Below are positions 1 through 12,185 of a stretch of DNA of 64,000 nucleotides, piece after piece; the stretch's first letter is position 1; the number at the start of each line of letters is the position of its first letter. The stretch is from Lytechinus pictus (Eukaryota). Both the position numbers and the translations under genes were made by a program. The notes beneath the pieces are model-generated. The model was not told the DNA's origin, ran no database searches, and saw only the letters and a program-made list of their open reading frames with translations. Where the stretch lies: NCBI RefSeq assembly GCF_037042905.1, contig NC_087251.1:11596001-11660000 (forward strand), given 5' to 3'.

Positions 1-433
1 TACTGTATTTTGACTTTCAAAATGGCCGCCACAGATATTGACTGTATTATGTACAATGCGAACTGGGAAACCAATTTTCACAGGAGTGAACACCATAAAT
101 GCACGTAATAGTGATCTTTGAGCAAAATATTGTCTGAAGACATGATTTCTAACAAGATATATAATTTCTTCTGCCAGGTCAGTGATAAATACTGTATTTT
201 GAAAGTCAAAATGGCCGCGACAGGCCCTAACTGTATTATGTACAATGTGAATGGGGACAAATAATTTTAACAGAATTTGGCTTTGCTAAAATGTGTTGTA
301 TGAGTGAAATATTGTTTGAAAACATGATTTCTAATGAAATTTGCCATATCTTATAGCATTTAGGGGATTTTAATATTTCAAAATTCAAAATGGCCTCCAT
401 ATATGCCCTTTTGTGAAAATTATCTGTCCCATT

Positions 434-1077
434 CCCGGAGGGGCCACTTCCATTGACGAGTGGATACCATGCGCGACCACGGGGTCTTGAAAAGCACCCT
501 AAACACGTATTTTCCATATTCTGAAAATGCACCCCTTAATAAGTATTGGCGTGTAAAACTAGATACCCTTAACAAGTATTGGAAACAAATACTATTGGCA
601 AGTATTCCCAGAATTGAGCCCCTAAACAAGTACAGCGATGTATTTTCCATATTCTGAAACGAAATGATACTCTTGGCAAGTATTCCCAGAAATGAACCCC
701 TAAACAAGTACAGCGATGTTTTGTTGTTGTCACGGGTCCGTCGGTCGTCGGTTTTACCTTTACACACCATTATTATGGTTTAGTACGGCCCCATCTTCCA
801 TACCTCGCGCAAATCTGACTCTAAACACGTAGTGTTGGGGCAAAAAGGACATCCTTTATAAAACATTTTGATATTGTTTTATCATCCCCGCATATTTGAC
901 CCTAAACAGGTATATTTTTCCGAGCGAAATAGATACCCTTTTTTCATTATTTTTGTGTTCTTGACACCCTTATCACGTTACGTACGTAGCGCGCCCTATC
1001 TTGAAAAAGACATCCTTTTTATGTGTTTTTTTGGTCGTGCATGGTATCCACTCGTCAATGTAAGTGGCCCCCCCGGG
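434..1077. mobile_element. MITE with CCCGG(G)n termini
   Basis: ~45-bp TIR CCCGGAGGGGCCACTT.CATTGACGAGTGGATACCATGC.CGACC; TSD GTCCCATT (426-433 and 1078-1085). Confidence 0.85.
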
Positions 1078-1351
1078 GTCCCATTCAAATTGTACATTGC
1101 GGCCATTTTCAATTTCAAAATGCAGCATTTATCACCTCAATGACACAAGATCTATATTTCATTAGAAACCATGGTTTTATACAATATTTCACTCTTACAT
1201 CATAATTATATGCAATATTTATAGTCAAGCAAAGCCAAATTCTGTCAATATTATCTGTCCCCAGTTACAATACTCTTATGGCCTATGGCAGCCATTTTGA
1301 ATTTCATAGTACAGCATTAATTACCTTCATGACCAATATGTAATGTATTTA

Positions 1352-1724
1352 GTTAGATTTTAGGTGGGAAACTGTTCGAATCCCAATCACAACAGGTATA
1401 CCCTTGGGCAAGGTATTTTATTCTGATTGTCTAGTCTTTCGGAGGAGACTCTAAGCCGTCGGTCCTGTGTAAGGGAGAGTCACACCATTTGCACGTTAAA
1501 AAACCTACTCCTCTTTTCGTAAAGAGTAGGGAAGTTATCCCGGGGAAGTAGTTAACGTATTAATTTATTACTTATAATCACTTATTTATAATCCTGTTCC
1601 TTTGTAAAGTTGCATTAGGGTAATTTGTACTGTATTATAGTAACCTTTCCAGATTAACTGTCTGACACTTATATGACACGCATGTGTTGATAGTGTCGTT
1701 AATTTTTTATCAATCAATCAATCA
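1352..1724 (+). mobile_element. 5'-degraded SINE with a probable Meta-type central domain and (ATCA)n tail
   Basis: B box GTTCGAATCCC; CCCTTGGGCAAG; TCGGAGGAGACTCTAAGCCGTCGGTCC...GCACGTTAAA...TTCGTAAAGAGTAGGG; ends ATCAATCAATCAATCA. Confidence 0.65.
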
Positions 1725-2076
1725 AGACAATATTTTACTTATACATCACAGTTACATGCATTTTATGGTTCTCATACTTGTGAAAATGAGTTTCCCTACA
1801 GCATGTAACATGAATTTAGTTAGGGCTTGTAGTTGTAGCGGCTATTTTGGATGTCAAAATACAGACATCAACCTACATGGCAGAAGAAATGCTATATTTT
1901 ATAAAATCATGTTTTCAAACGATATTTTACTCATAGAACAGAATTATATGGATTTCATAGTCAAGCAAATCCTAATTCTTACAGAATTCTGTCCCCATTT
2001 ACATTGTAGAAAATACTGTTACGGCCTATAGGGGCCATTGTGAAGTTCACAATATAGCATTATAGAATAGTGGTGA

Positions 2077-2276
2077 TTTTTTTTTACCTTATTGCTAAGA
2101 AAGCATGAATACTTGTAGGCAAGCAACCAGAGGACTGATGGCTTAAGATCCTCTGCAGGTGACCTGGTAATGAGGATTAATGCCTTACCAAAGGGCACTA
2201 GCGCACCGTGTGGGAATCGAACCCTGGTCACCGGAATCCGAAATCCCCGCTCTACCGACTGAGCTATCGCGCCTCC
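2077..2276 (-). mobile_element. tRNA-derived SINE
   Basis: Minus strand GGCGCGATAGCTCAGTCGGTAGAGC (A box)...GGTTCGATTCCC (B box), followed by non-tRNA body GTGCCCTTTGGTAAGGCATT and an A-rich tail. Confidence 0.8.
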
Positions 2277-3439
2277 ACATACATAATTTATCTCATGCAT
2301 GACCAAAAAAATGGTATATTTCGCTAGAAAACATGTTTTCAGACAATATTTTACTCCTAGGCCTATATATAGATCACATTTATGGTTCTTACTCTTGTGA
2401 AAATTAGATTCTCCATTCGCATTGTAGATAATACAGATAGGGCATGTGGCAGCCATTTTTAATTTCAAAATACAGCATTTATCACATATATGTACATGGC
2501 ATATTAAATAATATATTTTGTTAACAATTATGTGTTTAGTCAGTATTCCACTCGTTTACATGTATCTTTATAATATGCATTTTAGTGATAACTTGTGATA
2601 TTTTTGTCCCCATTAACATTGTACGTTATACTGTTATTTGGCGGCCATTTTGAATATCAAAATACATCATTTATCACATACATGACATAACGAATGATAT
2701 ATTTCATGAGCAATCATGTTTTCATTCATTACTTCACTCATAGATCACAATTTTTTTGCATTTTAGTGATCATTTTTGTAAAAATTAGTCTTCCCCATTC
2801 ATATTGTACATAATAGAGTATAAAGGGATCTACGGTGGCCATCAAGAAAATAATTGTTTTGTCAAAATTCATTTTTCAGAGAGTATTTATCTCCTGCCAC
2901 ACAATTACATGCATTTTATAGCCAATGTGCGGGCAATTAATGACTTTCATGGGTAATTTGCATATTTTGGCGGCCATATTGGATTTTGTCAATTTGCGGA
3001 AAATGCTCAAGGTTACACAAGTGGCATTCAGATTCGTATTCAGCACCCTCGAATTGACAAGAAACCATAAAAAACAAGGTTTGGTCCATCGCCTAGCTAT
3101 GGGGCCTAGCCTGGACTATTAGTTGAGTTTATATCAGACTTCCTTCAACAATTTTGTATAATAACAATTATTTTTGGCTAAAGCTTTCCCAAAGAGATAG
3201 ACATTTTGTCATTACTCTGATTGATATTGATTTGTCCTTCTAATGATGGTACTAGCTTAATTGTCGATGTTACCTAGTTGTTGCTTGGATTAGAGAACCA
3301 AAAAAATAATTCAAATAATGATGCTTCTGCTCAAGGCTTTCTCAGACAGATTGAGAATCAGTTATTGCTAAAAATTAAACTTCTTATTTTATTCTGATGA
3401 TTATTTTCATATTCTCCTCTACCACCCATCCCTTTTCAG

Positions 3440-3546
3440 ATCTTCCTATTACCAAGCCGTATTGCTCATTCTCCTCAGAGGCAAGCGGACACGATTGGCT
3501 TAGTGCTGGAGAGAGAACGTGCTGAGGAAGAGAAGGATGGACTGAG
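3440..3546 (+). CDS. HAAO: HAAO internal coding exon (first exon in the window): [36 protein letters not shown]
   Basis: ttttcag acceptor and AG|gtaa donor; the peptide matches the 3-HAO cupin motif (F-L-L-P-x-x-x-x-H-S-P-Q-R with the Fe-binding His; GLVxER; DGLR). Confidence 0.95.
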
Positions 3547-4794
3547 GTAAATAAAATACACATTAGCCTGTATTCTAAACTCCAGTTTTAACTTAAAACT
3601 ATTGTTTAACCAGGAAAATTACTGTTTAACCAGGAAAATTACTGTTTAACTATGGGTAGTCACTGAAAATTTACACAATTTTCATTCAAACTATAATGAC
3701 TGTGTGGGCATAATAATTTAAATAATCTTCTTCACAATGTAATTGTTGAGAACGAAATTATGAGGAGTGGTGAAATAACAGAGTAAACACAAGAAATTTA
3801 CAATGTAAACAACATTTTTGGCCTCTGTTTATTTTAACACCGACATAGACCATGGCCTAAAGTCAAACCAGACTACAGAATAGAGCCCTGTTTATAACTT
3901 TTGAAGCTGCCCATATCTTAACGAATTCTGTGAAATGCATTTGAATGCACCCCTAATATCTCTTACACTTGAATCTGTACTTGAGCCTCATTCATATATA
4001 ATGTGACAAAGCTTAGCAATTTGATCAATAATGTTTAGATATGATGAGACATATCATCTCACATATATATGCTTTGTCCTGCGCATTATACTCAATTCAA
4101 TTCTCAGAAAATGGTCCAAAATGTACAGACAAACCCATAATGAATCATGTCTAATGATATCATTATTTGTCCTCACCTTGGGACAATAACTTCTACAATA
4201 TTTTTTTGAAGACATCTCATATCCCATTGATTTTGTGCCCAAGATGTTTCTAAGTTTTGCTGCTGAGCTGTGTTTCTAAGCTGTGATTCTTGGCTGTGTT
4301 GCGTAGCTCTGCGGCTCTATGCTTGAACGAGCATTTGCAAGATAGCTGTAATTTCATTGGTATGGACATTTTAAAGTCCAACTCTTGTTTTCAAGAGACC
4401 ACAAACATGATCAAACTCAGGTTCTTGATATCAGTAACTAGCAGACAGAAAACCAAACTGAGGTATTTTGAACAATAAACAATCAAATAGATGTACCTTT
4501 TATGAATGTTCATGCTTATATCCAGTTTAAATGAAATGTTGTTGCCTGCCTGTATTGACTGAATTGCCAAATGTATTGCATGCCTAAGAAGGCAGGTTTC
4601 AGAGAACAAAATTTAATACCTATATTAACATCTACACTCAGAAATACACTAAAATTCATTAGTGAATCAGACATCAAATGGTCTTCTATATGTATTTCTA
4701 TATTCAAGTCAAACCATCTACATTATCTACTTGGTTTCATATCAATATTAAGTTTACTACCGATATTTAAGTGGGCTTTGACTTTCCTGGACAG

Positions 4795-4928
4795 GTACTA
4801 TGTAGATGGCACCCTAGAGAGACTGTATGAAGAATGGTTTCATTGCGTGGATCTCGGTACCCAGCTAGCCCCTGTTATCAAACGATACTTTGCGTCAGAG
4901 CAGCACAAGACTGGGAAGCCAATTGAAG
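4795..4928 (+). CDS. HAAO: HAAO exon: [44 protein letters not shown]
   Basis: acag acceptor and G|gtact donor; phase compatible with the previous exon; conserved WFxCxDLGTQLxP...FxSE..xTGKP motif. Confidence 0.95.
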
Positions 4929-5414
4929 GTACTAATTTATTCCATTCTGCTAGGAATTTTTTTGCTCTTAGGGGGTAAAGGAAAAAAGATTGATTGCAAT
5001 GTATTGAAGATCAAGTGAAACCATATTATAAAGACCATTCAAAGGAGACAGAAAAAAAATCAAGGTAGTATCAGGTACTATTGTTTTTCTGATTTGGAAA
5101 TGGAAACAGAAAAAACAGAATATTGAGCCAAAAACTGATTCTGAATTTTTTATTTTAAACAGACAAATGGTCATTTATCAATAATTTGTATTACTAATAC
5201 TGTAGGCCTGAAATATATAAAATCAAACATTAAAAAATAACAGTTTTTCTGTTTTACTGGTTTTTTTTACAGAATTATTTTTAAATGTTTTCTCTGCATA
5301 ATGAAAATTTATCAACCTTTTAGACCTCTTCTGTTCGTTTTAGATTAAGAAAAACTAAGCACTTCTTTGCAATTAATAATTAGTCTTGCTTTGACAAAAC
5401 AGAAAATTAAACAC

Positions 5415-5496
5415 TGGAGGAGGAGAATGGGGTGTTGAAGTGGAGGATGAGGAGGAGGAGGAGGAAGAAGAGGAGGATGAGGAGAAGGAGGAGAAA
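5415..5496. repeat. (GAG/GAA)n trinucleotide low-complexity tract
   Basis: gaggaggaggaggaagaagaggaggatgag. Confidence 0.75.
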
Positions 5497-6042
5497 AGAA
5501 ACCGAGTGAGAAAAATGAAATTATTAATTCTCTTCAGCAGACCAAAATATTTAAGAAATTGAAAATTGTATTCATATCAGATACAATAATTTAACAAATA
5601 TGTAACAAACATTGTCTTGTCGTTTTGAAGTTTAAAAAAATGAAGAAAAGCTTATTTGGAATCAAACCTGGACCTCCACAGTAGGAAACATAGCACTAGT
5701 ATCAGTAGACAGGAATAACTGTCGTTTCTGGGAATTTATTGATCAATTTATGACATTTTACTATCATCCCCATTCACCGACGGTACTACGTTAGTGCGAG
5801 CCCGCATGTGTAATCATGTCGCCCAATTCGGGTCTATAGTGTTTTGTTTAAATTTTTTTTTTTTTAGGTCTAAATGACATATTATCTTGAACGATGGCCC
5901 ACTATTTTCATCAGACTCTACTCTTTCTTTTGATACTGCACATATTCCAAGAAAATCTAAAGTATACGTTACCGATAATTTATTCCTTATTTTTTGAATT
6001 TTTCTGCCGGAGAGGAAAAACTGGCAGCCGTGTGTTGCTGCC

Positions 6043-6769
6043 CTCTACATTCATTGAGTAATGCTTTTATCAAGGCTTTACGATCAGAATTTTCGATATC
6101 CTGGCCTAATGCGAGCAACTACACGAACGCACGCACATAGACAAGCGCAAGCGGCAACGCAGCGGCACAAATCGTGATATATAGCGACTGTTAAAAACGT
6201 CCGTAAGGATGATGACGTCATCCAAGATGGCAACTTACAATGACCAACGAAAGGATCGAGGATGACTATGTTTTGATCATCATTTCAAAGGCATTAGCGG
6301 TAACTGCTGTCTAAGGTACGATATTTCTGAATTTTATATATTTTCTTGTAAGTTTGGATGTAATTTCTTTTTTATAATGTGACATTTTATGTACAAAAAA
6401 CGATTCTCTACATTCATTGAGTAATGCTTTTATCAAGGCTTTACGATCAGAATTTTCGATATCCTGGCCCAATGCGAGCAACTACACGAACGCACGCACA
6501 TAGACAAGCGCAAGCGGCAACGCAGCGGCACAAATCGTGATATATAGCGACTGTTAAAAACGTCCGTAAGGATGATGACGTCATCCAAGATGGCAACTTA
6601 CAATGACCAACGAAAGGATCGAGGATGACTATGTTTTGATCATCATTTCAAAGGCATTAGCGGTAACTGCTGTCTAAGGTACGATATTTCTGAATTTTAT
6701 ATATTTTCTTGTAAGTTTGGATGTAATTTCTTTTTTATAATGTGACATTTTATGTACAAAAAACGATTC
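6043..6769 (+). repeat. Near-perfect 363-bp tandem duplication
   Basis: 6043-6405 repeated at 6406-6769; only one mismatch noticed (GGCCTAATG vs GGCCCAATG). Confidence 0.9.
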
Positions 6770-6849
6770 GAAAATTGGGTTTCTGCGGAATGTTAGATCT
6801 AACGTTACTGCTAATACGTTGTCTTTACATACGGGCCAACAACTCTTAA

Positions 6850-7432
6850 AGGAGAATGAAACCCTTGAAACCAGCTGAATCCACATCAAAGAGAAAAATC
6901 AAAGAAACATATTGTTGAAAGCTGAGGAAGATTGAATGAATAATAAGAAAGTTATGAGAATTTGAATATTGAGATCACTAATGCCATGTAGTTCCTCCCA
7001 TTGGCAATGCGACCAAGATCTGTGATGTCACACACGTACAACTCCCTCATTACTTTAGTACTTATTTCACTTATATTCTCACTTTTATAGAGTCTATCAC
7101 AAGGTGAGGAGTTCTCTTTATGAGAGGACAAGTACAGAGGTTTCACAACATTATATAATTGATGAATCGTTTGTCATATGATTAGAATGAGCAAAAGGAG
7201 ATGTTTTGGGGTATATTTTCAGTGTCCAAAAGGGGAGAGTTGTTCATCTGTGACATCATAGATCTTGGTCGCATTGCCAATGGGAGGATCTCCATAGCAT
7301 TAGTGATCTCGACATTCAAATTCTCATAACTCTTCTATTGCTAGTCCTATTTTACTCAAACTTTTGTTGATCTTATTCTTTGATTTTTCTGCTTTCACAA
7401 AAGCTAACTTGCTCCAAGAGTTTCATTCTCCT
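6850..7432. mobile_element. Kolobok-like MITE, copy 1
   Basis: TIR AGGAGAATGAAAC; TTAA TSD on both sides; near-identical to 62264-62847. Confidence 0.85.
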
Positions 7433-9349
7433 TTAAGTCTATGTATTGGTGAGTAGAGCCAACGCAGTTCAGCGGAACAATCAAAATACAGAGAGACTGA
7501 AGCTTTTGGTCTATAGTATCAGTTGCTATCTGAGCCCTGCCCTGCTTTTAAACCTAACTTGGCTTGGTGCCTTTTGTCTTTATGGACAGATTCCTGTAAT
7601 ATGTGTTGCATTGGGGACAATTGTCTTTACAGATAGGTGGTACATATGACTATGCAGCTTGTTTGCTAAAGCTGGTATGACTGCATCAGTTTCAAATGTC
7701 ACAAAAGTAGGTTGCAAGAACTACTTTGACCATTAACAATATAAAATTTCATTTAGTCAATAAAAGTAAACACAAAAATGAAGAAAAAATGATACATTTA
7801 TGTATTTTGGATAGAAGAACAGAATTGTCATTGGATTTGTACATGTGATAAGACTTTGATCATTTTTTATTTGGACGTTCAATCACAATTCTATTTTGGA
7901 AGACTTCTTTCGCACCCTGTGGTTATGGTATGTAGGTTTTAAGGTACGTATCATACATATATAAAGAGTATTCTCCCCTCCCTGGCAGCTGATACTATTA
8001 CTTTTAGAAATCAATTAGACCTCAAATGCACAAGACACACTTGTGATAAATAACAGATAAGTATGGTTCAATGAACATTGCCTTAAGTAGAGGATGATAA
8101 CATGATTATTGAATTTGCTACAAACAATTAAATAGTTGAAAACAATTATGTGTATGGGCCAACCTAAAGATGCACCAGCCCATTAAGGTATATATGCATG
8201 TATATTAGGCCAATTATTTTTATTATTCTTTTAACATTGGACCTTGAGACCATTTTTCATCTTTCTATGATCAGTAGTAATTTATATTTGAGATTATTGA
8301 TTTGTTTACTTATTGATTTGCTCAGCAATTAGATGTGATACTACCCGCCTCAAATTATGAGAAAACATCATATAAAATAAGACCGTTTAAAAGCTTTGTT
8401 ATATTGTTCTGGGTCAAAGTCGGAAAAGCAGAATTATTTACTTGAATCTATGTCTGATGTCACAGACTTAATTAAAGATCAGTTTGAGTAGTACACTGTA
8501 AAATCAAAACGAATATTGGCATGAAACTGACCCCTAAAATACTCTAATAATTTTTTTATTGATCTCTAAAAAGATCCATGTCAGAAATAATTTTGTACTC
8601 ATAATTTCTGCTATTCTTTCTAGCAAAAATAATAAAATTAATCATACATCAATAGTTGCTTTCCTCAATCATTCATGCAGACATGTCCCATTACAGATGC
8701 CCATTACTTGGAACATGTCATGTGAACCAAAAGTATATTTTGTTCTTCATTGTATTGCCTTTTTGAACAAGACAAACACAACCTCATTTTGCATTTCATT
8801 GATATTATAGCCATTCTTGAGCCAATTTGGCTCAAACAAATGTCACTTGTGTTTATAATTCACAATTTAAGATCAGTATATATGTAGTCAGGTTTGTTCC
8901 AGTTGATACGTATATCCCAAGATCGACAAAGTTCTGGCAATAGTCAACAGCTAAACAGAAATGTTGCAGAACAGACTTCTCCTTTTTTTCCTCGTTCATG
9001 CAAAGACTGGAATACACTACCTGATGATAACAAGTTGGCATGAACAGATACCTTTAGATCCCATACTTTTAAATTTGTTAAAGAGTGCTCAAGACCATTA
9101 CAACATATTTTAGTTTCTGTTTCTCTACATGGACTAGAAAGTCTGCCAATGAGTGCTCAAGACCATTAAAAGCTATTTTAGTTTCTGTGTCTCTACATGG
9201 ACTAGAAAGTCATACCGAAAAAGAAGCTCAAACCCTCCCACTACTTAACCATCTAAAAAATATAGAATATTTGATGTTACAATTCTAATGATATAAAATA
9301 TTTAAGTTTACCTCGAATAACAGCTGTATTTTATTCATTTATTCCCCAT

Positions 9350-9841
9350 GAACTCTTCCAGAAATCACAGAGTTACCTGATTTTTTAAAAGAAGCCTGAT
9401 GATCCTTTCATGCTCCCAAGAGTGGATTGATGACAATCTTAGGGAGAATGACACGTCTCTGAATGGAGATGAAAACTAATTCACTTTTCTATAAATTCTC
9501 AAAATTCACCTGTACTTTGTTTTCTTCTCTATCTTGGACTTTTCAAGAGGGATGTCAGTTACTATACATGTATATTCAGAGAGAAAGCCTGGTGGCCCTT
9601 TCATGTTTGAAGAGTTGATTGAGTAAAATCCGAAGGAGATTTTTTTTTTTTTTTTTAATTTCTCTTAATATGTTCATTTTCTTCTCTCATAGGCGTTCTC
9701 CCAGGAAATTATCAAGTCACCTGGGATATCGTGACAAAGCTTGGACGCTTGTATAAGCCCAAAGAGTGGATTGAGGAGAATCAAAAGAAGATTGACTCCG
9801 AAGGTTCAAACTCTCATTTTGGAGATGAAACACATTCCAGT
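9350..9841 (+). pseudogene. Three decayed tandem duplicates (pseudo-exons) of HAAO exon 9884-10032, at ~9350-9482, ~9536-9640 and 9693-9841
   Basis: Each aligns by eye to the functional exon (e.g. gaactcttccagaaa...gatcctttcatgctcccaagagtggattga; aaagagtggattgaggagaa...ggttcaaactctcattttggagatga). Confidence 0.85.
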
Positions 9842-9883
9842 ACCTTGTTAATTCCTCGACATTTATTTTGTCTTTTCGCTCAG

Positions 9884-10032
9884 GAACTCTTCCAGAAAAT
9901 CCACCAGTTACCTTGGATTCAGAGATTAAACTTGATGACCCTTTCATGCTCCAAGAGTGGATTGAAGACAACCGGGAGGAGATTGATTCCAAAGGTTCAA
10001 AGTCTCTGTTTGGAGATGATAATCAATTTAGT
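9884..10032 (+). CDS. HAAO: HAAO exon: (G)TLPENPPVTLDSEIKLDDPFMLQEWIEDNREEIDSKGSKSLFGDDNQFS
   Basis: ctcag acceptor and gtgagt donor; phase-1 start continues the frame; resembles the start of the metazoan HAAO C-terminal domain (P..L..W...LFG). Confidence 0.9.
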
Positions 10033-10089
10033 GTGAGTACTTACTCTATTTCACTCTTTCTCATTTACTGACTATTTCTAACTCAAGTA

Positions 10090-10460
10090 TTCATTGATAT
10101 AGTCACTCAATCATTTACTCACTGAATTCACAAACTTAGTTATTTATTTGGATATTTATTCTCTCATTCATTCACTAACTTGTTTGCATACTAATGAATC
10201 ACCAGCCAGTTCCCTTTACCCATTTGTAATTCATTCACTCAACCATTTACTTACCAATATACTCACTCATTTACTTAATCATATACTCATTTATTTACTC
10301 ACCAATATACTCATCCACTCACCCATTTTCTTATTAACATACTCATTTACTCTTTTATTTACTCGCCGACATACTCATTCACTCACCCATTTTCTCATTA
10401 AAATACTCACTCATTCACTCACTCATGTACTTACTTATTTACTCATTCACTTACCAATGC
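10090..10460. repeat. Degenerate (ACTC/ATTT)n microsatellite
   Basis: Runs of actcattcactcac and tttactc. Confidence 0.7.
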
Positions 10461-10814
10461 AATCATGAAAGGACAAGTCCACCCAAACAAAAAGTCGATT
10501 GGAATCAAAAGGAATAAGCCAAAAAGCATAACACTGAAAATTTCATCAAAATCGAATGTAAAATAAGAAAGTTATGACATCTTAAATTTTCGCTTAATTT
10601 CACAAAATAGTTATATGCATATCCTTGTCATTATGCAATTGAGGAAACTGATGACATCATCCACTCAATATTTCTTTTGTATTTTATTGTATGAATATGA
10701 AAGATTCTAATTTTCTCCTCATTGTCAAGTGAAACAGTGATTAATTCCTCCCTGAACATGTGGAATTAGCATTGTTTAATAACATAATAAACATTCATAT
10801 GACAATAAAATACT

Positions 10815-11047
10815 ATGTCCATTGACCCAAAATGACCTTTTTTTTTACCTTGATCATATGACCTAAGACTTGTGCAAAACAATCAGTGATCCTTGATTCC
10901 TCTCATGTCATGAACTACATCCATAAACTTTCATAGTTATGACATTTCAAAAAATTAACCATGGTTAAGATTTCAATGTTGATGACGCCGCCATTTTCAG
11001 AAAAGCAGCGCTTTTACTCTCGCTCTGCTATGCAGGTGAGACAAAAA
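10815..11047 (-). mobile_element. 5' fragment of the same HINE-like family, inverted
   Basis: GCTCTGCTATGCAGGTGAGACAAAAA is the reverse complement of the start at 18773; part of one repeat unit present. Confidence 0.7.
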
Positions 11048-11083
11048 TTACCCTCTATATGTATATACATACACAGACATGCC

Positions 11084-11444
11084 TTAACGATTAAAGTGAT
11101 CCTTAATTATCTGCTCTCTCCTGAGCCTTCCTGCGACAGCGTCGTGGAGGCCAGGAGGAAGGTGGACACGCGGAGGCATTTCCTCAGGCTCAGGTCCTGG
11201 AATATCTGGCTCGCGCCAGTCAAGAGAGATATTCCACAGGACCGAGCAAGACACTATGATTGCAAATGTAGTGTCCACCTTCAAGCAGAGATAATTGAGG
11301 CAAGGGAACCTCCTTTTCAAACGACCAAAAGACCGCTCAATAATACAACGCCTTCTTTTGTGGGCAGCATAATAGCGTACCTGTGGCCGTCCCTGAGGAT
11401 TCAGGAGAGGGGTCATGAGATACATGTAGGGAAGACACGGGTAC
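11084..11444 (-). CDS. PIF/Harbinger transposase (HARBI1-like DDE nuclease), last exon
   Basis: tttcag acceptor; YPCLP..LMTPLLNP...YYAAHKRRRCIIERSFGRLKRRFPCL...IIVSCSVLWN is the Harbinger DDE_Tnp_4 C-terminal motif set; ends at TAA. Confidence 0.9.
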
Positions 11445-12036
11445 CTGAAATGGAAATTAAAGGAAAAAAATACATGTAAGTCTCTTACTATTAAATTTAT
11501 GTAGGGAATTGGACGCACTAATTAATAAATTTCCTAAGCAATTTATTTCAAAGCAATACAGTAGAAATTAAAAAAATTATGATCCATTTCTTTGTCTTGC
11601 CACAGCTGTTTGCACAAATACAAAGTAATAAGTTGTAAATTCAATCCAAAATGGACAAATTAATTCTACTTACTAATAATGAATTAATGATTAAAAAATT
11701 GTACTTTCTCAGTAAACCACATTAATATCTAATCCCCCCCCCCCCCTTCCCTCAAAGAAAACTATGCTGATGAAGTGAGTTCTTTTATTTTGTGTAGGAA
11801 TTATGGATCCCTTTTTTTTTTTCATTAAGAAAAAATGAAATGTAATTAATTAATTTGAATTACAAGATTAATAAATTGTGGGGGGGGGGGTCACGGTTTG
11901 GGTGCATGTGACATCTCAATAAAGTTTCATTAATTCAGATTATTCTTCAATAGTCATTGAAATTATAACAATTAAACTACATATTTTGGTGTAGGTTCCT
12001 CTAAGATAGGATACACTTAATGACCAGTGTACATAC

Positions 12037-12185
12037 CCACTATCTCCAAGAAGCCACTCAGCACCATCTGCCCTTGCCTCCAGTTGTTCCTTCAGTGAGC
12101 TCTCATTGAAAATTCGGGAATCATGAGTGCTGCCAGGCCACCTTGCCACAATACTTGTTTTTTTCCCAGCAAGATCACAAACTAC
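12037..12185 (-). CDS. PIF/Harbinger transposase exon: VVCDLAGKKTSIVARWPGSTHDSRIFNESSLKEQLEARADGAEWLLGDSG
   Basis: aatag acceptor and GG|gtatgt donor; WPGSxHDSRIF and LLGDSG(Y) motifs; splices in frame to the exon starting at 11444. Confidence 0.9.

Larger units (their letters stand above)
1..3118. repeat. Degenerate ~190-bp tandem array (CAAAATGGCCGCC core) that flips orientation near 400-1100 and ends at a TAG-type terminus; possible Academ-like element
   Basis: Units read ...TTTCAAAATGGCCGCC... at 1-400 and ...GGCCATTTTGAATTTCAAAATACAGCATTTATCAC... at 1100-2900; terminus CTGGACTA (TAGTCCAG on minus strand) at 3118. Confidence 0.55.

Noticed and set aside
2200..2276. tRNA gene (also considered at 29497-29570 and 12925-12997)
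   Set aside because: A and B boxes are present, but each runs into a SINE body or is degenerate, with no clean acceptor stem and terminator
6952..7146. 64-aa ORF conserved at two loci (also 62367-62561)
   Set aside because: Both lie inside near-identical copies of the same MITE, so the conservation reflects recent transposition
10121..10135. CTGAATTCACAAA as the missing Harbinger TIR
   Set aside because: Only an 11-bp match inside low-complexity sequence; it lacks the GGCCC terminus and the subterminal repeats
10148..10468. 106-aa Leu/His/Thr-rich ORF (and the Phe/Pro-rich ORFs at 57412-58205)
   Set aside because: Translations of low-complexity microsatellite or purine tracts
10961..11479. 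172-aa + strand ORF
   Set aside because: Antisense shadow of the Harbinger exon joined to HINE sequence; no recognisable motif
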